64,000 nucleotides of DNA, from NCBI GenBank assembly GCA_041737385.1, contig JBGSRU010000001.1, forward strand, positions 3,539 through 67,538, read 5' to 3'. How positions within the stretch are numbered: position 1 is the first letter of the stretch; each line of letters begins with the position of its first letter. This document shows positions 27,701 to 35,600 of the stretch, piece after piece. Origin of the DNA: Candidatus Saccharimonadales bacterium. GTDB lineage: Bacteria; Patescibacteriota; Saccharimonadia; Saccharimonadales; SZUA-47. A program made the translations under genes and the position numbers. Under the pieces are notes generated by a model. The model worked only from the letters and a program-made list of their open reading frames with translations. It ran no database searches and was not told the DNA's origin.

Positions 27701-28335
27701 CATCCGACAGGCGATACGCCAACCTTAACATCGCCTTGAATATCGGCAGGCACATTAACACTGAACCGTTCCATGTATCTTCTCTCTCTATTTGCTCCAC
27801 CCTCCAGCATAACTCCATCAGCCACTAGAATGTAAGGTTTGTAGCTCCTGCCGTCCGTACCTGTTATAGTTCTGAGCCCCGCGCCCGCTGCACTAAAGCT
27901 AATCGAGCCATCACAACCTGCCTTGCTCCCTAAAGCAGTAGCAAAATTTGCACCGAAAACACGAAAGTTAATATATCCAGCCCACAAATCATTACCCCCA
28001 GGGCCGCATGGCACATCAAGAGTAACTTGCCCTGTAACACTCTGCTCAACATACACTGCGGCTACTGTGGTTCGTGCTTTTAGTTTAGTCTGGGCATTGT
28101 AATTTCGATTACTCTCAAGGCATGGAGTTTGACTTACCCTGCAGCTGTGCGAGCGACTACCGGTCACCTGGACTACGGCATAGTTACCAACACCCGTACC
28201 CGGAAACGACGTGCCTGCAGCACTAATTACCGCTGTTTGTGCACTACCATTAGCACCGGACAGTAATAGCATTGTGAGAAAGAACCCACCAAAAAAGATC
28301 AATAAAAACGAAGTCTTACTGCGCAGCATTTTCAT
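24724..28335 (-). CDS. giant secreted protein with PA14-like insertion, paralog of 21590..24157
   Basis: 1203 aa, signal peptide; shared module KPYVKFYGNDVFAGGSYGSTC...; insertion with a PA14-like strand pattern LFVIADDWYRVYINGQEAV; tail ...LTLPPAL. Confidence 0.6.
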   Translation of the reverse strand: MKMLRSKTSFLLIFFGGFFLTMLLLSGANGSAQTAVISAAGTSFPGTGVGNYAVVQVTGSRSHSCRVSQTPCLESNRNYNAQTKLKARTTVAAVYVEQSVTGQVTLDVPCGPGGNDLWAGYINFRVFGANFATALGSKAGCDGSISFSAAGAGLRTITGTDGRSYKPYILVADGVMLEGGANRERRYMERFSVNVPADIQGDVKVGVSPVGWPCSSSAYPISCPGARTADWLEPPLNSLYTSWVYSSFYGSPGETHVHTATFQSACAAEGILSLYDFDQAGQTVTISGGGRSIIHGATGNNQYKDIRDNLTANTIYTLRTSALPAIEAVQILPSAALLGDCGRSPPTGTITISCTPNGGRFFIKSLTASHPDGGNVTVALAVSRQGGTTNVSGTGTGDITVAPLPPDGLFIPNYDGAAETRTVSGTITDENGGTFPLNAEYICIPIAECEISTISVTAGQDFYIQVSLRNNTTTTIPVAGPATYTVYTPPPTTPILTGNGNPYTSTYLAYPQTIPAGGTMIVRSNTPLNISTTGLFGLRWDVTNYVGPNINMPAIGDCGSGGPGGPGGPGAIDVTSKPYVKFYGNDVFAGGSYGSTCTVAGSASARGNGLFGTPANHSTYTGAASELAIFAIGQIDGVLPGSEDTTRSSVTALSFANTAVGSGSKPFGGYFGNTLCADDYWAEKPTTITRLASPNITSDSYAGNPGAQRVDVSTLPSGVYQFSGQLHIFASGQVPAGKRVTLYVDGTTVIGNVAGATSIAYAPGPWATIDDIPLVKVVTRGNMYVDDNVTQIDGMYVAVQNPTTAPTPSGEIHTCSFFNAGLNLVYPSLNQSAVATHCGRNLTINGAFISKRVHLLRVAGNIGGYIPAQPTISAPTVTNLSDSGDISSMEAKWIGLQETPNYISEMENWGTCITNTGSGSRPKSSPYKPSENKFDKQFGLCDSTKMLFSYIDAGDGAWFKADAFGGWSSNSPSFNAGQFTPGGVGGSNSSKLDACTYNGNPLDRIWANVPVSNRDSNYPDANYDGRNQNVLWERNGTSAGAPFSQSNGYSLVRNKFNLTQAQYDSLQLSGSNLSLFVIADDWYRVYINGQEAVTQNNTVTATNTTFPAKTLLRVGDNIIAVQSVDKIRINSSPSIPGVDVGWGMCYNLSIINDGVVPGSPTESYTSSNIAEVFRFSPELYLALLSVGGGEGRFDALLTLPPAL
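26627..26655 (-). repeat. three tandem 9-bp units (cctggtcct) encoding GPGGPGGPG
   Basis: Perfect triplicate inside the 1203-aa gene, at the junction between its unique N-terminal part and the shared module. Confidence 0.8.
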
Positions 28336-28810
28336 CGGCTATACTATCCCCTCCACTAGCAGGAATACTACTGATTCCTGTGTACTGTTCCTCCAGTGTT
28401 CGTTGCCAAAAAACGACCCCCTCTTGATCTTCAATCTCGCTACTTAACTCTAGGCCTTGGTTGTAACACACATCTTTTAAGTCTCTGTCACCAGCCAGTT
28501 CAGCGTAGTAAATACAGGAGCTATAAGATTGCAAACGCATTATGATGAAAGCACTATCATCGCGCGCTAAGTCATAAGAAGACTGTGCTGCGGTGCTGTA
28601 ATCTTCAGACTCTGCGTTTTCAGCAATTGATTCGAACTTGTCCATTCGAACCTGATCTTCTTGAGCCTGTTGAACCTGTACATCCACAATTTCTTGATCT
28701 GTTTCATTACCATTATCGTTGTCTCTTGTGATGATAAAAAACAAACTGGTTGTAGCAGCTGCAATCACAAGCAAAACGATAGTCAGTATTCTTTTATTCA
28801 TAAGCACCAT
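28316..28810 (-). CDS. small membrane-anchored acidic protein, partner of the 1203-aa protein
   Basis: 164 aa, one TM helix; 3' end overlaps the giant gene by 20 nt. Confidence 0.5.
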   Translation of the reverse strand: MVLMNKRILTIVLLVIAAATTSLFFIITRDNDNGNETDQEIVDVQVQQAQEDQVRMDKFESIAENAESEDYSTAAQSSYDLARDDSAFIIMRLQSYSSCIYYAELAGDRDLKDVCYNQGLELSSEIEDQEGVVFWQRTLEEQYTGISSIPASGGDSIADENAAQ

Positions 28811-28922
28811 ATATGATGACTATTGTAATGCTTAGATTGTAAATGACCTAATTAACTATTTCAATTGGTCACATAAATGGACTTTTCATAAATCATGTAT
28901 AGAAATGCTAGAGTGATTGATT

Positions 28923-29879
28923 CTAGGTACATACTTCATATGCACCAGCAGGATTTCCCACAGCATCGTATACTGTTACTCGGGTGCAGTTAGGTGGGTC
29001 TACTACGCCGCCTGAGCCGCCTGGGGCTGGGGCTGGTTGACCGTTGCTGCCTGAGCCGCCTGAGCCTGAGTTAGTGTTAGCTGCCGCTTGTTCAGCCGCT
29101 ATTATTTCTGCTTCCATTTGCGCTGCTACCGCTGTAAAAAATGCTTCGACTTGTGCATTGTAAGCAACGCTAGCTGCATACAATATCAGCTCAGCGCCTT
29201 CTAGTGAATTAACTGCGGTCTCGTAATCTGTGGACAAGCTATCCATGAGGCCTTGTATAGCATCCAGATGTTTATCGGCGGCAACAGTGTCTTCAGCGAA
29301 CAGACTGCCAAGCACCTTTTTAGCTAGGCTATCAAATACAGCTAGATCGTTGTAGCGTGAAGGTAGGCGCCCTTCTGCACCGTCTGGATCAGTTGTCTCG
29401 GCTAGTCCTGCAAGAGAATCTATAACACCAGTCGCACTATCGACAATCTCTGTGCGAGTTGCGTCGTCAGCAATACTTTGATCATCAGCAATTTCTGGAT
29501 CATCAAGCGCTATATCAAGCGCCTCTTCGGCTTTAGCAGTCGCTGCTTCTTTCGTCGAATCTGTTGCTGTGAGTATTGCTTCGGCTGAACCTTCAGCAGG
29601 CTCACCATCTTCCGTAGCAGTGAACTGACCAATATACCTGTTCAAACGTTCCATTCGGCTGTTTATAGCATCTCGTAGCTCTGCATCTAGCTCCGCAGGA
29701 GGAAGCGTTGTGGTCGTTTCAGGAACAGTGCTGCCAATAGTACTATTAGGAACTAAATCCTCTTCTCCGGGTGTAGTCACTTCAACGATAACTGCTTGAC
29801 GTGGTTCCTGTTCTGGTCCTGCACATGCAGCTGTTAGAGTTAATCCTGCTACTAGCACTCCGTTGGTGAATCTGCTCAT
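28923..29879 (-). CDS. acidic lipoprotein, function unknown
   Basis: Lipobox LTLTAAC|AG; Asp/Glu/Ala-rich helical body; Gly/Ser-rich segment SGSGGSGSNGQPAPAPGGSGG; Cys-containing C-terminal knob. Confidence 0.55.
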   Translation of the reverse strand: MSRFTNGVLVAGLTLTAACAGPEQEPRQAVIVEVTTPGEEDLVPNSTIGSTVPETTTTLPPAELDAELRDAINSRMERLNRYIGQFTATEDGEPAEGSAEAILTATDSTKEAATAKAEEALDIALDDPEIADDQSIADDATRTEIVDSATGVIDSLAGLAETTDPDGAEGRLPSRYNDLAVFDSLAKKVLGSLFAEDTVAADKHLDAIQGLMDSLSTDYETAVNSLEGAELILYAASVAYNAQVEAFFTAVAAQMEAEIIAAEQAAANTNSGSGGSGSNGQPAPAPGGSGGVVDPPNCTRVTVYDAVGNPAGAYEVCT

Positions 29880-30028
29880 TATTCTATATTCCTTCTGCGC
29901 CTAATTTCGTTACTTCGTAAAAATATACACATAAAGTATACAATATTACCGCTTGATAGACAAGCATAATTCACCCACACTAATTTCTACTGCTCAGCTC
30001 TCATACAACTTAAAGAACTTGAACTTAG

Positions 30029-30114
30029 GAGAACTCAAGGTCCAACCTCTATAGGTGTATGAGAACTCAAAGAGAACTCAAGAGAACTCAAGGTCCAACC
30101 TCTATAGGTGTATG
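30029..30114. repeat. two 33-nt direct repeats plus three gagaactcaa decamers
   Basis: gagaactcaaggtccaacctctataggtgtatg at 30029-30061 and 30082-30114; contains the small hairpin acct-ctat-aggt. Confidence 0.8.
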
Positions 30115-30141
30115 TTTTTACAAATTTTATATCTCAATCTG

Positions 30142-30755
30142 TTAATTATCAGCAAGATCATACTTAATTTCCTCTAGCATGTTTCTATGATCTTCATAGT
30201 CATATACAAAATTCATGTAATCTTGTCTACTGTCGAACGTCTCCATGACTTTATTAGTATTAAGCCATTCCGGTTCTTTACCTTTTCTGTAATAGTTTAT
30301 GCTTGAATACTTGAAATACTTCCAGCTTCTAGGATTTAAATGAATATATCGAGTAATATGTGAAAAATATGCATCTTCATCTATTCTTGAAGCTTTGAAG
30401 TTGCCTTCGAACAGAGAGCCACTTCGTCTATGCTTCAATTGAAATATCTAACGTAGCTAGTTAACATGCTGCGCATAAATTTTGTAAGATCGCCTTTTTT
30501 TTCCTGATGTATAAATAAATGAAAATGATTATCCATAAAACAATATGCTAATAAATCTATGCTTCCCCTATAGTTCGGATACGCCACTCCCATACTACTG
30601 AGTACTTTTTTCTTCGACAGGTAGCGAGCAAATAGACTTATAAACTTCTGTTTGTCAGCTTGGTCTAAATAGATTTTCTGCTTACTTGCACCACGAAGGT
30701 ACACATGATAGTAAGAATCTTCTATATCTTGGCGAATAATATTACGTGAAGGCAT
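30142..30755 (-). pseudogene. RayT/IS200-like Y1 transposase interrupted by a -1 frameshift
   Basis: N-part (30435..30755) has YHVYLRG and HUH box DNHFHLFIH. C-part (30142..30438) has GSLFEGNFKAS...TRYIHLNP with the catalytic Tyr. Frames meet at TTCAATTGAAGCAT. Confidence 0.7.
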
Positions 30756-30789
30756 ACATATATTCTAGCTGTTAACTTTAATAGTTGCA

Positions 30790-31134
30790 ATGTTCCCCTT
30801 CTTTAGAGGTCCAACCTCTAAAGAATTGCCATCTCACCTGAAGCGAAGCATCACCTTAGACAATGGTACAGAGATGAATGACTACGAAGAGCTGGAGATC
30901 CGTACCAAAGCTACCGTCTACTTTGCTCATCCATACCACTCATGGGAGCGTGGAACCAACGAGAACTTCAATGGATTACTGCGTCAGTTCTATCCAAAGA
31001 ACAGGGAGATACGAACAATAGATCAGGATGAACTTGACCTAGCGGCCAAGCTCCTCAATACTAGACCTCGTAAACGACACGGCTACAAAAGCCCAGTCGA
31101 GCTACTCAAGCCTTACCTAGATGTCGCTTTTTGA
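30790..31134 (+). pseudogene. C-terminal fragment of an IS30-family DDE transposase
   Basis: ITLDNGTEM ... VYFAHPYHSWERGTNENFNGLLRQFYPK. The N-terminal two thirds (HTH and first Asp) are missing. Confidence 0.75.
30801..30823. repeat. perfect 9-bp-stem hairpin ctttagagg-tccaa-cctctaaag
   Basis: Shares ggtccaacctcta with the 30029-30114 repeats; lies exactly where similarity to IS30 transposases begins. Confidence 0.7.
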
Positions 31135-31374
31135 ATGATCATTGAGGTAGTGCTACCAGAGCTGTGCTATTAATCCACACGTCTAAGTTTTCTATAAATA
31201 GCATTATAAAAAGTAGCGTTGAGAACAAATTGTATCATTAAGTATCGGTATAGTAGAGATATAACCAACTACCTTTTGAGCTAAAACTGACCATGCCACC
31301 GACTGATAGAGGTGGACGTGGCTACTCCGACGAATATGTAGCTAAAATACAGAAAGAACTATGTAACAAATACC

Positions 31375-34026
31375 CTACGCAGCCATAGCTGCTACTTCGC
31401 CTCTTACCCTCTCGTAGGCAAGCTCATAGATTTCTGGGTACTTATTTCTAAATGAATCACGACTTGCGTCACGGTAAGTTTCCCAACGTCCATGTACATA
31501 ACCAACTTTATTTGGTTCTATTTTAGCTGCAATCTTCTGTGGATCTGCACCTAATGCAAGCATTTCGTTAATCGTATACACCCAAACTGTATTTACTTCA
31601 GGGTTATCTAGTAAGTCATTTACATCGACTTTAGCCCCGTGTTTTACTGCTTCTGTGAGGTGGGTTAAAACATCATTTGGGTTCATTGAGCCAACTAGTT
31701 CATTAATATCAAGCTCAGCACCGTATTGCTGTAGTTCATCAAACCTATCTAATTGATATTGCTTTGCTATATGTTTTACAATATCCTGAATATCGCAACC
31801 GTACTCCAGAAGTGAAGCAATATTCTTTGATACATAATATGTCCTATCGTAGTCAGCATCATCACCATTGAAAATACGCCCGTCACGGCCAAGGGTCATT
31901 CCGTCAAGCAGTGCTTGCTTATCAACGCCAAGTTCCATAAATTTCGCAAGGTCACCTCCGTGTTCACTGCCATCAACACCCATCTTTATCGCCACAGTAT
32001 TCACGTCAAACCCATTTTTCAAGAAATCATTCTTGAAATTATATGTGCCGCCCCCATAGTTGCCGACGAATGTGTCTTTATTATCACGTATTTTTCCATA
32101 TAAAAGGTCAATGAAGCGCCCTTGCTCAAGGTCAGATTGTGGCACTGCACTTATAATCGTTTTCAGCGCCCCCACAGCGCTACTTGCATGCATTCCGCCC
32201 TCTCCGTAAAGTGCAACATCCTGACTCTTCGCCATCTTTAGCATTTTCAGCATTAGTTCAGGCGACGCGCCTCCTCGGAGCCAGTTATCCATCTCGATTT
32301 CTGACACTCCTTCTTTAAGTCCAATTACTTCCGCCTCTCCGTAAGTACGGACAATTAAATCATCAACATCAAATTTTGCGCCTATTTTTTTAAGTTCTAT
32401 AAGATTAGCAAGTTTACCCTTGTCGTCGAATTTCTCGACAACGTCGTCAGGCGTGATATTTGCACCAATAAACGTAAGGCGACCATAATTATCGAGCAGT
32501 TCTCTTGGATGAAATTTTGCCGCCAGCTCATCTGGATCAATATCTGCGCCTCTTTCTTGTAGCTTAACAAATACCCCCAGCTGTGCATTCGGTGTTTTAA
32601 ATTGGCTATACAAATCATTTAGGTCTATGTGTGCACCAACGTTAGTTAGCTCATCAAGGAAATCAACTCTTGCCTTGGGCGACAGTTTACTTGCAACAAT
32701 ATTTGCATCGAAACCTTGACCCAAATATCGTCCAAGATTAGTCTCTAACTTATCAGCAGACGTTACCATGAGCTCTGCTTCTTTCATATCAATCCCTTCC
32801 ATTTCTGCAAGCTGCTGGATATGTTTAGACCTATCTCTTTTGAACTGCCCTACCCTCGGATCCCTTGCATAAGTATCCATATATTTAATAGGCCGTTCAG
32901 CTTCATATAAGAAAAGAATCTCTTCGCGGGTAAATGGTTCGTCACTCTGAAACTTTTTGTCCATCTGTATAAGCATTTGTTTATCTTCAAAGGCCTGTAG
33001 ATATCTTTCTCCACCCGGTAGTTGTATAACCTTTTCCTGAATAGTTGGTAGAAGCGCATCTTCCACATATTGACTAGCTCCACCCTTTAATCCTGACAAC
33101 TCGGCTACCCTACCGCTTCCATCCAAACGGACTGATGCGGCTGCTGTGGGGCTTATTTTGCCAGTTTCTGGATCTTGCAAATGAAATAATAAAAATCTTC
33201 CGCCGCCATATGTGTAGGATTCTGCATTTGAACGCCCTGCAATGCACCAAGGTGTGCCTTCTGCAGCTTCTGTTATTGCTTGAATATCGGCACTCGTATA
33301 CTCTCTCCATTCACCACGGACATCTTCTGGCTTCTCTGGAGTTGGAACTATAGCTTTCTGGTCAAGGAGCATATGACTATAAAGTTTATTGAAATTGCCA
33401 CTTTTGACTAGCTTAGCGACACTTTCATCATCACCGCCTTGATCTTTTACTGCCTCATAGACTTTCGCAAGTGCTGCTGGATTTAACTGTGGGTAAGGAG
33501 CAACAGTTCCTTTTGAGCGTTTGCTATAGTTACCTTTTGCTTTATCAAAAGTACCCAAACGTGACATTCCATCCCAAGCATATAACCTAAACCATACCGG
33601 GTATTGATCGCCGGTCATTTCTAGGTAATCACGCCAAGATTCCAGTCCTGTTCTCTGCGCTTCTTGTAGTTGGTCGGTTAGCTCCTCCTTTTCGTGACGT
33701 CCTAAATGGACATCGCCTAGACCGTTATCGCGTGCTATTTGTTTTTGCTGTTCCCAGTATCCGTCAGATATATCTTCTGGCTTGATTACTAGCTCTTTAA
33801 CAGCGCTATCCCAAACTCTTGCCTCTACACCTTCATGCTGTAAAAGCTTCGTCAGTCGAGCTAGGTGCGCTCCTACTCGTCGTTCACTATTAGCTCTTAC
33901 CCGTTTGTCTCCGTTATTCTCAGCATGAACTACAGAGTTTTCAACACGCTGTTGGTCCGCTAGATTCGGCATTAATCTATTTAACGTAGCAGCATCACTG
34001 GGTTGATTAGGAGTTATTTCTGACAT
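31375..34026 (-). CDS. large hypothetical protein with at least 10 degenerate ~28-aa helical repeats
   Basis: 883 aa; recurring L-x3-G-[AF]-x-[IVF]-D-x-[ND]-[DE]-L units (ERGADIDPDEL, NVGAHIDLNDL, KIGAKFDVDDL, YGAELDINEL, HGAKVDVNDL ...). Confidence 0.55.
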   Translation of the reverse strand: MSEITPNQPSDAATLNRLMPNLADQQRVENSVVHAENNGDKRVRANSERRVGAHLARLTKLLQHEGVEARVWDSAVKELVIKPEDISDGYWEQQKQIARDNGLGDVHLGRHEKEELTDQLQEAQRTGLESWRDYLEMTGDQYPVWFRLYAWDGMSRLGTFDKAKGNYSKRSKGTVAPYPQLNPAALAKVYEAVKDQGGDDESVAKLVKSGNFNKLYSHMLLDQKAIVPTPEKPEDVRGEWREYTSADIQAITEAAEGTPWCIAGRSNAESYTYGGGRFLLFHLQDPETGKISPTAAASVRLDGSGRVAELSGLKGGASQYVEDALLPTIQEKVIQLPGGERYLQAFEDKQMLIQMDKKFQSDEPFTREEILFLYEAERPIKYMDTYARDPRVGQFKRDRSKHIQQLAEMEGIDMKEAELMVTSADKLETNLGRYLGQGFDANIVASKLSPKARVDFLDELTNVGAHIDLNDLYSQFKTPNAQLGVFVKLQERGADIDPDELAAKFHPRELLDNYGRLTFIGANITPDDVVEKFDDKGKLANLIELKKIGAKFDVDDLIVRTYGEAEVIGLKEGVSEIEMDNWLRGGASPELMLKMLKMAKSQDVALYGEGGMHASSAVGALKTIISAVPQSDLEQGRFIDLLYGKIRDNKDTFVGNYGGGTYNFKNDFLKNGFDVNTVAIKMGVDGSEHGGDLAKFMELGVDKQALLDGMTLGRDGRIFNGDDADYDRTYYVSKNIASLLEYGCDIQDIVKHIAKQYQLDRFDELQQYGAELDINELVGSMNPNDVLTHLTEAVKHGAKVDVNDLLDNPEVNTVWVYTINEMLALGADPQKIAAKIEPNKVGYVHGRWETYRDASRDSFRNKYPEIYELAYERVRGEVAAMAA

Positions 34027-34111
34027 TTTTTTGTTTTTTTATTTACACTCTGATTATAGCACGCTTATGCTTATTTGTCAATTCTATTTGCCTCTGTTAG
34101 AATATACATAT

Positions 34112-35197
34112 ATGGCATTATCAATTGGAATCGTAGGTTTGCCGAACGTTGGTAAGTCAACATTATTCAACGCATTAACTGACAGCTCTGTCTTAGCGGC
34201 AAACTATCCTTTCGCAACTATCGAACCGAATACCGGTATCGTTCCAGTGCCGGACAACCGACTTGGAAAACTTGCTGAACTATACAAATCAGAGAAAATA
34301 ATTCCCGCTACAGTGACATTTGTAGACATTGCCGGCCTTGTCGCTGGTGCAAGCAAAGGCGAAGGGCTCGGCAATCAGTTTTTGAGCCATATTCGTTCTT
34401 GCAATGCTATATGCCAAGTGGTGCGTGCATTCGATAACCCCGATGTACTTCGTAGTGATAGCTCAAGAGATCCAGCCCACGATATAGATGTCATTGTCAC
34501 TGAGCTTGTTTTAGCTGATTTACAAACAGTTAACAACCGGCTGCCAAAGCTTGAAAAAGAAGCAAAAGCCAACCCAAAGCTGAAGCCAATATTAGATATC
34601 TTGAACACAATTATTACGCACCTAGATAGTGGTGATCCTCTCTGGAAGAACAGCGAACTACTTACCGACTACACTGCCGAGCTATCTGACCTACATCTCA
34701 TGACTGCAAAGCCGATATTGTATCTGTTCAACCTTGACGACTCTCAGCTGAACGACGAAACGAAAAAAGCTGAACTACGTGAGCTTGTTGCACCTGCACC
34801 AGTTGTCTTCGTAAGCGCAAAGCTAGAAGATGAACTGCGTGGGCTGGACGAACACGACCGTATAGAAATGCTTGAGAGCTATGGCCAAAATGAGCAAGGA
34901 CTTAACCAAGTAATACATACAGCCTATGATCTGCTTGGACTGCAAAGCTACCTCACTGCCGGAGAAAAAGAAGTGCGTGCTTGGACTGTCAAGAAAGGTT
35001 CCACCGCTCCTCAAGCAGCCGGAGTCATACACACTGATTTTGAAAAAGGCTTCATAGCGGCACAGATTGTGAACTATGAAGACCTTATGACTGCCGGTTC
35101 AGAAGTAGCAGCAAAAGCAGCAGGCAGAATGAGAACTGAAGGTAAAACTTACATCATGAAAGAAGGAGATGTTGTTGAATTTCGTTTTAACAACTAG
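34112..35197 (+). CDS. ychF: ribosome-binding ATPase YchF
   Basis: MALSIGIVGLPNVGKSTLFNALT, TGS-like C-terminus ...IMKEGDVVEFRFN; the ORF-track start at 34031 is an upstream extension. Confidence 0.9.
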   Translation: MALSIGIVGLPNVGKSTLFNALTDSSVLAANYPFATIEPNTGIVPVPDNRLGKLAELYKSEKIIPATVTFVDIAGLVAGASKGEGLGNQFLSHIRSCNAICQVVRAFDNPDVLRSDSSRDPAHDIDVIVTELVLADLQTVNNRLPKLEKEAKANPKLKPILDILNTIITHLDSGDPLWKNSELLTDYTAELSDLHLMTAKPILYLFNLDDSQLNDETKKAELRELVAPAPVVFVSAKLEDELRGLDEHDRIEMLESYGQNEQGLNQVIHTAYDLLGLQSYLTAGEKEVRAWTVKKGSTAPQAAGVIHTDFEKGFIAAQIVNYEDLMTAGSEVAAKAAGRMRTEGKTYIMKEGDVVEFRFNN

Positions 35198-35206
35198 TCT
35201 ATCGTC

Positions 35207-35590
35207 ATGAAAAATAGCTCCGAAGACTTCAAACATTTTATTACTCACTTACGGTTTGAGTCAGTGGCTCTCGCTGTACTTATGATAGTTCTTACCTACA
35301 AATCAACCTACAGTTTGTGGTGGATACTAATTGGGTTTCCGTTTATAGATATATGTATGGTTGGGTATTTGTTCGGTCCTAAAAGCGGCGCGCTAGCGTA
35401 TAACCTTATTCATAACGCAACAATTCCAACGCTACTAATCTCAATAGGTGTACTGACCAGTAACGGCATACTATCCGTCATTGGCTACGTCTGGGTGTTT
35501 CATAGCGCGTTCGATAGAATTCTAGGATATGGCCTCAAACATAAGCACTCTTTCAACGAGACACATATGGGTAAAATAATAAAAAGCTAA
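35207..35590 (+). CDS. DUF4260-like small membrane protein
   Basis: 127 aa, four hydrophobic segments, ...HSAFDRILGYGLKH motif recalled from that family. Confidence 0.45.
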   Translation: MKNSSEDFKHFITHLRFESVALAVLMIVLTYKSTYSLWWILIGFPFIDICMVGYLFGPKSGALAYNLIHNATIPTLLISIGVLTSNGILSVIGYVWVFHSAFDRILGYGLKHKHSFNETHMGKIIKS

Positions 35591-35600
35591 CTAGCTAGTT

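Larger units (their letters stand above)
30029..30823 (-). mobile_element. RayT/IS200-like (Y1 HUH transposase) element, probably inactive
   Basis: Split HUH/Tyr transposase gene flanked on both sides by copies of ggtccaacctcta embedded in hairpins. Element limits are inferred only. Confidence 0.5.

Noticed and set aside
30029-30114. Possible mini-CRISPR array (repeated 33-mers)
   Set aside because: There are only two 33-nt copies, separated by reiterations of part of the repeat itself (gagaactcaa), so no unique spacers exist. No cas genes are present. The repeat shares its core with a hairpin on the other side of a transposase gene, so it fits transposon ends better.
34031-34111. N-terminal extensions given by the ORF track (ychF 34031, mutM 57285, hydrolase 58267, NDT-like 45364, pilA 14726, crp 37127, UDG 48228)
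   Set aside because: Family N-termini start at internal Met codons (MALSIGIVG, MPELPEV, MIEKLKRNRQKGFT, and so on). The extensions are hydrophobic or low-complexity and sometimes overlap neighbouring genes.
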